Shown one piece after another: positions 1-12,160 of a stretch of DNA of 64,000 bases. The notes beneath the pieces are model-generated. The model ran no database searches. It was not told the origin of the DNA and saw only the letters and a program-made list of their open reading frames with translations. Position 1 is the first letter of the stretch, and each line of letters opens with the position of its first letter. Where the stretch lies: the NCBI RefSeq assembly GCF_009834535.1, contig NC_045696.1, positions 21,020,001 through 21,084,000 on the forward strand, given 5' to 3'. Position numbers and translations under genes: made by a program. The DNA comes from Camelus ferus (taxonomy: Eukaryota).

Positions 1-908
1 ATGGTTTTAATAACGCACAAGCTATATTTTTCTTCTATAGAATAAATTAAAATTTAACTATATTTATATTGGTAGGTTTCACTGCACAGTTAATATTTAG
101 AAGTATCCTAGTATATGTTTTTCACTTAGAATTACCCCAAGTAATGAAAGTTAACAAGCACTTTTCATTTTCCACTTTCAAATTGCTTTCTCTCTTGAAC
201 TTGAATTTAGAAATGGCAGAATCTCAGTAGAGGTAGAGGGTAATTTCCCACAAGACCTGGCTAATTTACAGCTTTCAACACACCAATGACCCCTGCAATT
301 TGGCAGTTGCTTCATTAATTCCTTTACACCTGCTCCATTTATCTTGTAAAAAGCAGACAGATAAAAGGCACAGTCCTCTCTCACTCAGCTATTGTGAAGA
401 AAAGTCCTTTGTGTAAATTGTAACCAACATCATGGAAAACAAAAAGACAATAATGTCAGATGAATGTTCCCAGTTTGTCTGTGGGACAGAGAAGGAAAGT
501 TTGAAAGGTCACATATTCTGAGAAGTTTTTTTCTACTCTTTGAAGTGCTATTCAAAGAAGACTTCAGTTTCACCAGGGACTGCCATTTGATTTATGTAAC
601 TTTAAAAAAATAAAAATAAGAATAGTCTGAAAGATTTTGTAAAAATTTAAAATAATGCATTATACTTAATGATAAGTTTTATAGGCACCCTGATTATCTA
701 TCTATCAAAAAAACTAAACACAATTTTAGGCTACCTATATTTTATACCTTTATAATACCAAGCAGTTTATCTCCATGAAACATAAACTGTAACATGGTAC
801 TTCTAGCAGCATACGAAATGTGCTTTTATCAACAAAGACTTACATTAATTAAAAATAAAACATTTTAACGTTATATTTACAAACTCATTTAGTTATCTGG
901 TTAACTAC

Positions 909-1400
909 TGTCGACTGAAATAAATGCACTGCCTAAAAGTGGAGAGTTACATTTTATTTGGCAGACATTTCTGAGGACTCGAACTCCTTCGAGCCCGGGA
1001 TGACAGCCTCTCAAATAGCTCTAGGGACTGCTCTGGAGAGTCAGGGGAGGAGCTAGGATACACAGGAGCTTTACAACAAAGACCAGGTAGTTGGAACATT
1101 AAAAGATTACTTGTTAACTAAAGAAAACCAGGCATCTCAAGAATTTAGCGCTTTTCCATGTATGGGAGGAAGCAGACATTTGGGCTCATTGAATTCATTC
1201 CTTTGACAAGCACCTAGCTATCTAGGGCCAGTATCCTGTCCCTTTCTTATTCTGAGTGCCCTCAGGGTACACCATTGTGAGTGGCTGCAGAGGCCAGGCT
1301 ACAGGCTTGTCTTCACTGGGGGGTGGCGGCAGCCACTGATGACTTGATGGCTTCAGCATTCTTTGTTTACCGATGTGGCTTGCAGTATTTTTCGTTCACA
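909..1400 (-). mobile_element. ERV1-class solo LTR (MER41-like)
   Basis: TG...CA termini (tgtcgac...ttcaca), ~490 bp GC-richer block. AATAAA on the minus strand near the left end (ttttattt ~952-959). Similar to the partial LTR at 30620-30790. TSD is not clean (ctac/ttat). Confidence 0.8.
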
Positions 1401-2405
1401 TTATCCAAGTACTTTGTTCATTCTGTAGTATTTTTGCAATTGTATATATTTTTCATAGACTGTAACCTTCATGAAAACAAATGCAATTTGTGTTTTGTTC
1501 CTCTTTTAAGGTAAACAGCTTGTGGTCTCAGTTTCTAGTAGATGCAGTACATTTTAAAAAATAATAGAATTAGACAAAATAAATTAAGAAGAGCTTTTAA
1601 GAATTTGCAATTATTGACATAAATTAAATGAGGATATAAACTTAAATTAAATATAGGTACAGGTTTCCTTCCCAATGTCACCGTTATTTTATTAAAGATT
1701 GATGATTGATGTTTACTGCAGACTGTGGGTATTTAATTCTTTGGTAAGATCTCCACGCCCATATTGCCCCGAGAAAGGTTTAACTTACACAGAGGCTGTT
1801 TCATTCTTGTGTTTCCTGGATATATAAGTTTACAAATACATAAACTCTATCATCAGAGACTGAATAAGAAAATATTAATAAGTCACATCATCTCTATAAT
1901 TATTAAAATGGGTAAAACTGAAAAATCACATCGCAGATTTAGGCAGCATTGGGGTTTTTTTTTTAATAGTTCAATCTGTATTATTTAGTTATAAGAATTA
2001 AAACATAATGTTTCAGATACTAGAAAATATTTATGGCATATATGATTTTAAAAATAACTCATAAACAAGTATTAGTAAGTAACAGGAAAAGATTTAAAGA
2101 TAATGCATATGCATGTCTTGATACTGCATTACTCTCTTCTCTCTACTAATTCAAAATTATTCTCTATTTTAAATTAAGGTACACTTAATTGTGGTGGATA
2201 TCAACAGAAATAGAAACAAAAGACTGAGAAATTTACTTCTTTCATAAGCAGAGTATAAAAAGACATTGATACAACTATTGGCAAGATAGTCTTGTATTTG
2301 TAATTTAAACAATTTATATTATTATTTAGGAAATTGTGATTTCTGTAAATGGAAACTAGTTAATGGGAGAATTGTGTTTTTTTCAATGCGAGACTGGACT
2401 GCTTC

Positions 2406-2857
2406 TGTTACAGAAAACGACAGGCCAGCCAAGAAACAAGCACCACTCGGAGGGTCGGAGTACTCAGATGCATTACACCAGCGGGCTCAGAGGGGCTTCT
2501 GCTCCGAAGCTCTGAGCACCTCCTAGACGTGCACGTGAGGTTTTATAGGGTAAAGTACAAGCTTGGGGTATTCAGCCAATAGTCATGGAACAGCTTTAGC
2601 AGCATCATTATCACAAAAGTGGAGGCAGGGAGGCAGCAAACCAACATTCCAAAGACAGATATATCTCTTTGAAAATCTCGCTGGCTAGCAAAAAAAAAAC
2701 ATGAACAGCAAACCAACACTAATTAACTTAGATTTACGAGTTAGTCCAGCAGAACTCAGATCAGTATTCCGATACTTAGATTTGTGAGTTATCTTGTTAG
2801 CCCACATTCTTAGACTTGTGAGTTATCTTGCTAGCCCAGCCCAGCTTTTCCTTCACA
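2406..2857 (-). mobile_element. Young ERV1-class solo LTR with 4-bp TSD
   Basis: tgttaca...ttcaca termini flanked by an exact CTTC duplication (2402-2405 / 2858-2861). TATAAAA on the minus strand at 2541-2547. About 10 CpGs retained. Internal direct repeats. Confidence 0.88.
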
Positions 2858-3872
2858 CTTCTTTAGAAATAATTACAACCAAGTGACTTCTTGTGAAAGA
2901 AATCACATTTCATGTAGTTATTTCAGGATGTCATTTACTATTTAAGTTAGATTCTATTATAATTTTCATAAAATAGTTTTGGTCACAGTTAAGTTTATAG
3001 TTATGTTAATAAATTCCATTTTTATATCTGGAAGTGATTTAAATATAACAATTATACAAAGAGAAGTAAAGTCTACATCAAATACACAACTTGTCCGGGA
3101 ACATTGAACTGCTGTTGGACCAGAATCATGACTAAAGCCTATAATCTAGAACAAGGACTAGATTCTTAGTGTATAGTTTTCAACTGCTATGTAACAAATT
3201 ATACCTAATGTAGTGGCTTGATATCTGGAAGACAAAGTCCATTAACTTCACTACTCCCTCAATTCTTCCTTTTTAGGATGGTACAGATACTTCTTGACCT
3301 TTTTCAGTTCTATATGGAATTTAGAATATGTTTGTTTTCATTTTTCTAAGAAAATCTAGTTTCTTATCCTTCCATTTGTTTCACTTGTTTGTTTGTTTGT
3401 TTGTTTATATTTTTAATTTTTTTGTGTGGTACTTGTCTTCCTTGTGTGTTTTGAAATTTTCATGGGACAGTTCACTTTCTGCTAGGGTTCTCTTCCAGGG
3501 AGGTTTGCCCATGAGATGGTATAAACATTATCTGTGGGTTGGCATTTCATTGTTCACAGCTCTTAAAGTGATCTCACATTAGCAGCTAAGCTCTGGTTCT
3601 GAATCACAAAAAGTTCATTTCCAGACTTGTGCCAACAGAGGACCTATATCCAGTCTTGGATTTTGTAGTGACTGGTTTTACCTAAAGTTATGGGCCAGCT
3701 CATTTTCAAATTCAAACATTAGCAAAGAAGATTTTTCCCAGCCAAGTTGGAAACAGGTCTACAGACCCTGTTTATCAGGATTATTGAATTGGACCACAAT
3801 TACTATCTACATTGTAGGCTATAATATTTTAGGCTACCCTGCTTATGGACTTTCCCTCTATGGACCTCAAAG

Positions 3873-3873
<1 letters not shown>

Positions 3874-3914
<41 letters not shown>
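3874..3914. repeat. (TG)~20 microsatellite
   Basis: Pure TG dinucleotide run seen directly. Confidence 0.97.
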
Positions 3915-3917
<3 letters not shown>

Positions 3918-4149
3918 AATTCATCTATATCCATCAATTTATCTCTCTTCTAACATCTTAATGTATTTCCTTCAAAAGATAGAGTATTTTCCTTCTCAAG
4001 AGGGTTTATAGAAGGACTTACCATTAAGAAATCACTTGAGATGAGTAATCATTCATTCATCACTCCAACAAATGTTTGCAGTGGACTTAATGTGAGCTGG
4101 ATGGGAGTATTACAAACATTAGAAAATCTCTTGTCTATCCTGCCAGTTT

Positions 4150-4297
4150 TGATAACATGCATGGACCTTGAGGACATTATGCTAAATGAAATAAGTCAGA
4201 CAGAGAAAGAAAAATACTGTATGATACCATTTAGATATGGAATCTAAAAACTGAACTCATAGAAACAGAGGATTAACCAGGGGCTGGGGAATGGAGG
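4150..4297 (+). mobile_element. LINE-1 3' region (L1MA/L1MB-like), left part
   Basis: Typical L1 ORF2-end motif 'atggaccttgaggacattatgctaaatgaaataagtcagacagagaaag' (translates MDLEDIMLNEISQTEKEKYCMIP). Interrupted by an LTR at 4298. Confidence 0.85.
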
Positions 4298-4854
4298 TGT
4301 TACCGCAGGCAATGGCAGGGCTGCCCATGACCTCGGTTCTTGTTGGCGCAACAAAGATTTGGGGAGCCACAACAGTAGAAAAGTACAGGCAGGGTTTATT
4401 TTGGAAAGAAATACACTCTAACAGAGAAGCAGGCCAAGCCAAGGGAGGCAATGGCCCTGAAAACAGAGGATTTTAGCTTCTGAAGCTTTGGTTTTGCCTG
4501 GGGAACCACATCACTTTTGATTGACAGTTGAGAATTATGTAATGGGTACTTGACTGGCACATGTTTTTTCCCCCAGAATTTGTTTTGTTATAATGAGATT
4601 AATATATGGGCAGAATATGTAGTAGGAGATAATGAATGTATCAGGGTGGTAGGATCATCTGAGGACAAGAAGTCCTAGGCTTTGTGCACGCTCAGCCCGG
4701 GGAATTTCCAGCTGTGGTTTTTATGGTATCTCTTCTCTATGGTGGGTTGTTCCTTAGGTATTACAGGCAAGGGGCGGGACTGAGTCTCTTTTGGGTCCTC
4801 CCCGGACATTGTCCTCCTGGGCCTCACTGCTTACCTCTGACTTTTTGCTTAACA
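4298..4854 (-). mobile_element. ERV1-class solo LTR nested in an L1 3' UTR
   Basis: tgttacc...ttaaca termini, near-TSD gagg/gagc, AATAAA on the minus strand (gggtttatttt ~4392-4402). L1 sequence resumes directly after it. Confidence 0.82.
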
Positions 4855-5150
4855 GAGCAAATATGGGGATTTTGGTCAAAAGGAACAAGCTTTCAATTAC
4901 AAAATGCATCAGTTTTGAAGCTCAAATGTGTAACATCATAATTATAGTTAATGCTACAGTATTATATATGTGAACCTTTCTAAGAGAACAAATCTTTAAA
5001 AAAGAAATGGTGATTATGTAAGATGACAGAGGTGTTAGCTAACATTTTAGTGGTAATCATTATGCAATATATCAGTGTATCAAATCAACATATTGGGCAC
5101 CTTAAACTTACACAATGTTTATGTCAGTCATACCTCAGACTAGTAAAAAG
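4855..5150 (+). mobile_element. LINE-1 3' UTR, right part
   Basis: Continuation of the L1 3' UTR ('gtggtaatcattatgcaatatatcagtgtatcaaatcaaca...caccttaaacttacacaatg'). Confidence 0.8.
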
Positions 5151-5899
5151 CAAATCTCTTTCCTTCAGGATTTTTCAGTTTTATTTTTCCAGAGGTAAAT
5201 AGTTTTCCAGTGTGTTTTAAGTAATAAATTTTGTTGATGAGAATAAAAATGACTTATCTCCTTACAGGTAGCTAAACTAGATATTTTAAATGATTAATTA
5301 AATACTGTTATTGTTTTTTATTTGTTTTATTTTTATATAATAGGGATTAACTTATGGATATATTAATCAGAAGTTTAATGAAAGTCATTTCAGATAGCTT
5401 AGAGAAGTAAAGCTTAAGAATTTCTTGTTTCTTGGAAAACTCAATAATTTTTCAAGAAGCCAACCCAGTTGTTTCCTTAAAAGTTCCCTCAAATGTATTT
5501 CTTAAATTCTGAATCACAGTGAATTATTAGCATCATCCAAACACTTGTCAGTGATAGCTGATACAGTTAGGTTATGGTGCTATATGTTACTCATTATTTA
5601 TAGCTTAATGATAAAAACGATGGGAAAAAATTGAATATACTATACATTAAAGTGCCTCATGGATGGCTGCCAACATTTGCACATTCCATTTCTATAAAAT
5701 GTAGTTCAATAATTTAATGAAATCTTTAAATGTTACAAAATAATTTTCATGGGAAAATGTGTCTAATATACTATATCTAAAATAGCAGTGATAGAAGATT
5801 CTAATTTAACAAATACTCAGCAAGTTCATGAACTTAAATAAACTCATTTTGAAACCAATAAGTATGTTGTTATCTAAGAGATTTTTTTCAATTATAGCA

Positions 5900-6230
5900 G
5901 AGATTTTCCTATTGTTTTTACTCCAAATTTTAAACTTAAAGTGTTATGAAATACTTATTAAAAATTATAAAATCAAATACCAACACATGAACATTTCAAT
6001 TTATAAAATAATAAAGTAAGCTAATTTGTTTAATAACAATAAAAATAAAATTTAGGTTAGAAAAAAATTCCAATAATCCAAATAAAAAATAGAAAAAAAA
6101 AAACCCCCAGAAGTCATTTTTTCACACAAAAAAGAAAGATAGGAATAAGTAAACATATAAATAGGTACCTAGCCTCACTAGTAATTTAAGAATGTAGAAT
6201 TTAAATTACAATTAAATAATAGGTGTTAGG
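5900..6230 (+). mobile_element. Ancient L1 (L1ME-like) ORF2 C-terminal fragment
   Basis: Degenerate match to the L1 NKHMKRCSTSLVIREMQIKTT region ('aaacatataaataggtacctagcctcactagtaatttaagaatgtagaatttaaattacaatt'). Confidence 0.5.
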
Positions 6231-6680
6231 AGTTTCAAGACTACCTTGAATAAAAAGTACTCCTACTCTTACAATTTCTGAACATTTGATGAATAAGATG
6301 AAATGATTATGGTTTCCCAAACAATTATGTTCGTTATTACTGTTGAAGTAAAGCTGTATGTATACTGTAACTTGTAATAAATATCAAATAGACTTGATAG
6401 ATCCTCTCTTTTCACTGAAATCCTTAGGACAGCCCCTTCAAGAGAGATGTAAGTCTACATTGTAGGCAGATTTACTCAAGTCTCCATGTCCTACTTGCCT
6501 GGCGAAGGAATACATAGAAATGCATTGCTTGGTATTTGTATTACTTGCAAATGGGAATGTTTGCTAATGAGATCTATTCAAAGAAGGTGCAGGGGGGTGG
6601 CTAACAGCAACATGAATACCCTTGGGATAAACTGTTCCTCAAGGAATCTAGTGAAGTAAATGTGACAAAGCCATATTTAT

Positions 6681-6723
6681 AAAAACAAAACAAAACAAAA
6701 CAAAACAACAAACAAACAAAACA
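6681..6723. repeat. (CAAAA)n/(CAAA)n simple repeat
   Basis: Seen directly. Confidence 0.9.
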
Positions 6724-8557
6724 TAATGTATGATGTAAGGAAGAAGAAAGTTACCCTCCTACACTTCTGATAAGTGTGCTGCTTACTTGGAGGTAATTTT
6801 AATAGTATGAAACTCAAATATGAACATACTCAATGGCACTGACTATCCTAGCAACATATTATAAATAGTATTTATCTTTGTGAAGCCTTCTTCATTATAT
6901 GTACAATTCTTATGTGCAATAAACTTGGGCTTGCTTTTTAAAGAAACCAAATATTTAGAATACACTTTAGTTTAAGAGGGAAAAATAATTTATCATTAAG
7001 TGTTTGAGATTGACTGAATACATTTTGATGGCTAGTTGGAAAAAAAATCATTCATGAAATTATTTGCTTATTTTAATTTTTCTCAATTTTATATACAGCT
7101 AAATAGTCAGATATATAACTATTTTTTGCACATTTTGACTATTCAATATATTGTTTTGATTAAAATAAATTCTAGGACTTCACATTTGTAACTACTTTTG
7201 AAAATCAAGATAAGAAAATGAACCCAGCCAAATGAGATCCAAAAAAGAATACTTTAGAAGATTCAGAATCAATACAAAGTTCAGGTCTGTGAAGCAAAAT
7301 GTAAATTCTGAAATTTTGACATTAACTTGTGCTACATACTTATCTTTGTAAGTGTCCAACCAAGCTGATCAGAGGATAAAATTTAAAAATAGCTATACAT
7401 TCAGATAAACTCCACAGGGAATAAAGAATGATGAAAAGTGATTTCCTCATGTTTCAACTTTGAAAGAGGCATACATATAAAATTGTACCAGAAGAAATTA
7501 GCCAGAATATCAAAATGCTTTTTTAATTCTATATGTCACTTTTTGCCTTTTTCTGACAAATGCATCTATATGACTAATTAAGAAGTAAAAACATATTTAA
7601 CCTTAAGAAAAAAAATGTTTCATGAATCTTCAGGAATTCCTCTCCCTCTGCAACTAAGAAAGTGCAAAACTGTGTGCAGAAGATACAGAAGAAATAGAGT
7701 TTGAATTAGAAGTAGGAAATACCAAGTGTTCCATGACTCGGTTATTTATCTGGAAAACTAAGTTTTATTACTTAAAAGTTACTAAAACATACATAGTTGT
7801 CCTCTTTAAGGTGGGTAATGATGAGAAAAATATCAGTCCTTATTTATTCTCAGTCACCTACTCACCTCTGTTGTCTGTACTCCAAATATTCCCATCACTG
7901 TCACTTCTTCCACAGATACTACACACAACTCTTGATACCCTTCCAACTCACCAGTACTCCTTAAGCACACTCTACATAATTAATTATGTTTATATTATTA
8001 TATCCTTCTATTTAGATTGCATAACTGTTCAAAATATTTGCTGCATTTCTCTGTGGTGGAAATTGACTTCCATACCTAGTAGGCATATGGTGTGGTCACG
8101 TGACTTAACAGTCCCAGACTCTTCAGGGCAACAAAGTTAGAACTACATCACATTTTGTGTATCTGTTTTAATTTGTTTAAGTCACCGGGATTGAGTAAAT
8201 TATTTTCTTTTGGGACTTAAAAGATAAGGAATTTTCTTTAAAGACAGCAAAAACAGGAAAAAACAAATTCTAGGAAAAACACCATTTTAAGCATAGAAGA
8301 TATCTATTCTTAAAGCTAAAAAAAACTCAGATAAAGATTAGTTACCTGAAGAGCTGCTTATGTGAAGACATCATTTATAGAAAAAAAATTTTTTAAAGGA
8401 AACCGTAAAAACAGGGCCAAAAATCTGATGAACTAAACTAAAACCTGGTTGTTGGGCCCAATTTCAGTAACAGCATAGTATCAATAGTAACAAGTAAAGC
8501 CAGTAAATGAGAAGATAACTGTTGTAAATTGTGAAAGACCAGGTTAGAAGGAGGGTA

Positions 8558-8696
8558 ACTACATTTAGTGAGCATCTACTATATGCAGTGTTCTTGCTGT
8601 AGGATCTTTTATTACCACATGCAATTTAATCATACAAAGCTGTGTATTACTGTACCATTTCAATATAAGTAAAGTGAGGCTCAGAGAAGATAAATC
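8558..8696 (-). mobile_element. MIR SINE fragment
   Basis: 'catttagtgagcatctactatatg...ccattttcaatataagtaaagtgaggctcagagaagataa' matches the MIR core. Confidence 0.65.
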
Positions 8697-11044
8697 TGCA
8701 GGTTCTGCCTACCTTCAAAACTGTATCCTTTATATAATGTTGCCAAATGTCTAAATCTTCAGGTTCACAGAAGAACCACTAGCAGACATAGGAGATGACC
8801 ATTGTTTAAAACAGAGTTCTTTATTACTTTGGAATAGAGTATAAAAAACCATGTCTAAGAAGCGGTTCCTCTATGATCGTGGAAAAAATCAGTGTTTTTA
8901 CTTGTTCCTCAGTTTTGTCCCTAAAGAGAATATGTTGAGCTATGTAGGACTGTGACTTTGCAGAATTTCACTTAAGGAAGACAAAAGGAACACAATCTAA
9001 AAGCACATGAAGTAAGAATTTTACTAGATAATCTTTCTAGCTTTGTAATTTATTGCTTGCTCATTTTATCTAAGCCTACTATTAAAATAGATACTATATT
9101 TAACAGTGCCCCTCTCATTTTTAAAATAGGCTGAAATATAAATAAACTGAACAGGAATGAAATTTATAAATGGATAGGCATAAAAGTAATATGGAAAATT
9201 AATTTTGTCGCTTGTCAGTTTAATAAAATCAATTCTCAGCAAGCCTAGGCAGAAGACTGGGAATACTAAATAGATGCACATAATGCCAATCCCAGGAAGT
9301 CAAAAACCATATATTCATAATAATCTAAACCTATGCACATTTAGTCCAGGCTTGCATTTACTTTTTTGCCCTATGTTTAATAAGAGAAAAAATATACACA
9401 CAGGCATACACACACATATGCGTGCTTTCAGTTATATTTTAAAACACAAGGTCAGGTTTCCTGAGTACTAAATGAGAACCAGCAGTGACACTGAATGTGT
9501 TTTAGAGAGGACTGTAAGTTTTAAAATACTGCAATTCAACTGCAAATACAAAATCATAGCTTTTTATGAAGAATCTTATTTAGATTATCTACATAGAAGA
9601 AGACATGATGATGATGATGTTGAATAAAAATAAAGTTCACTCACTTATAAATGTCAGTACCACAAAACCATATTTCCAACAGAGCACCTAAAATTTACAA
9701 ATGTATCATGTCTTAATTAAAAGAAATTATTTTCTTCAGAGATTACTTTTTTGCACTTGATGCCTTGACTTACTGACAAACTTTCCTGTCTTTTGACTTC
9801 ACTTTTTGGATCTAGACAAAAGGCAGAAGAAGACATTTTAATAAAAACAAAATATTTTGATTAAAACTACTAATTTTTTTTCTTGTGCTCCTAAGGTAAT
9901 CTACTTAGGGAAGTTGCTCCCAGAGTTCTTTGTTGTTTGTTTAGTGTATAACACCCACAGTGCAGACACACTTGAAAGCTTGTCTTTAAAAAATATTTTT
10001 TGATGCTCAGTAGAAACAAAATCACACAGAGAATTATTTTCCAAACCAATCTAAGCAACTTACTTTATCTCAACATTCCCATTTTTTTGCACTTAGACAC
10101 AGAATGGGAAGAGGAAATTAAAAAAATATATATGTAGGAAACCACTGGATAACTTTCTTTAGCAACTAAATGGGGCATGTCATAATTTCTAGATAATCAC
10201 TAATCTTTCTCTTTCAATTAAACCCCAATTATCATCACAAAAATCAAAAAAGAAATACTCCAGTGGCTTTTATTCAGGAGCATGTATAATGAATATATAG
10301 CTTAATAACTAAAATAGCAGTCATAGAATTAATAAAATAACTCTATACTAGTTTTTGAGAGATAATTATACATCTATTTTAAGTAGAAATACTAATTTTT
10401 AATTGGCTTTAGCAAATGTACAGCACACTTTAAAAAGAATTTATGCTAATATAGGATAAACTATTCTTGATTATTAGAATTTATTATCTTTTTCAATGTC
10501 AGGTTTTTAAAGGAGTGGCCAATAATACTATTATCCTGTAAAAGGCTTTGCTTAAATCCTTTTGTCATTATAGTCGTGATTGGTTGATGTTGTCTACTGA
10601 GTAACTACACATCATTCAGACCAACCACCAGCAAAGTCTGAGCAATCAGAGAAAATGTGCTGGACCTTTGCAAAATACACTCATCTGCCCACTTCTTACA
10701 ATCTCTCTGCACTGCTGTGAGCTTCATCTTTGACTTACTCTGATGAATAAATTTGGAAAGTATATCATAGTTTATGGGCTCACTTCCTAGAAGAAAGTTA
10801 ATATGGAGGTATTTGGCCTGCAGTACAGATGAAGTGCAATGACAATTTGACTACACGCTTCATGGAACGCAGTAAACGTGGACTAACAGAAGATGCTGGT
10901 TAGACCAATTTCTTTTATTCTCAGCATATCTGATATACAGAAAGCTATAGGAAAGTACACTATACAGGAAATAAAAGATGTGTTCTAAATGCGTCCATAT
11001 ATTTTTCCTTTAGTATTCATTCCAGTCATATAAGCGTGAACGCA

Positions 11045-11172
11045 GTAATTGTTTTCATTTACAAATGAAGAAACTGACAGAATGATTAACTAGTATTAGA
11101 ACTAGTAATGAAAAAACTCAGGTTCAAATTCAATAAATTAGATTGCTAAGTCCCTGTTGTTAACCACCATGC
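11045..11172 (-). mobile_element. MIR SINE fragment
   Basis: 'catttacaaatgaagaaactgac...ggttcaaattc...ttaaccaccatgct'. Confidence 0.55.
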
Positions 11173-11189
11173 TGAGAATTGTACATATA

Positions 11190-12160
11190 ATTGGATTTCA
11201 AGAAGAAGAGAAGGTAAAGAATCCTACAGATGATGAATAACTGAAGAGAAAAAGGTTAAGAATTTTCAAAAACTGATGAAACAATAAATAACTGCTTCTA
11301 GGAGCTTTTTAAAAACTGGGCTAAATAAATACAAATTTAAAAAAAAAAAAACACCTTAAGACATATAAAGGAAACACAATGAAAACACATCTTATAAGGA
11401 ATCCAGAAAATAAAATTATATTATTTTCAAAGAAGAAATAATAAAATTGATGATTGACTTCTCAAGTATAGAACTAGAAGCAGAAGACAATGGGGCAATG
11501 ACATCAAAGTGCTGAAAGAAAAGAACTGACCACCTAGTACTCCATGTGACACCCCCCCACAAAAAAAGTCTTTCAGAAGTAAAGGGAAATTTAAGATATT
11601 TTTCCAAACCAAAATAGAGTTAATAGCAGCTCTGCAATTAAGAAAATGGAGATAAAAGGAAAATGATATCAGATGGAAGCATAGAAATACAGAGAGCAAT
11701 GCATGTAAAGAGATAGAGTGGATATATGGAAAATATAAAATATTGTAGACTTTATAAAATAAGATTTTATAGAGGTTAAATATGTATAGAAATAAACTAT
11801 ACATAAAATATGCAGGTTTAGGGCAAAGTGGAGTTAAAAGTGTTCTAAGATCACGCAGTTTTCAGTAAGTGGTAGATGTACTAATTGATATTAGACCTTA
11901 GCAACTAAATGGGGCATGTCATAATTTCTAGATAATCACTAAATGAGCCGTAAAGAATGTGTTAATTAACATGCTGTAGAAGGAAAAATGAATAACAAAA
12001 ACAAGTAATTCCAAGGAAGGTGTGGAAGATAAAAAATAACATAGAACAAGTAGAATGATAGAAAACAAAAATTAACTTGTATATTAAAAATATATATCAC
12101 AATAATATCACATGAAAAATACAGACTAAGTAATCTAATTAAGGTACACACAATGACTAT
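11190..12160 (+). mobile_element. Old LINE-1 fragment (ORF1 C-terminus through inter-ORF region to ORF2 start)
   Basis: A-rich strand. 11443-11610 matches a decayed ORF1p motif (consensus IRLTADFSSETMEARRQW..FKVLKEKNCQPRILYPAKLSF). Confidence 0.7.
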
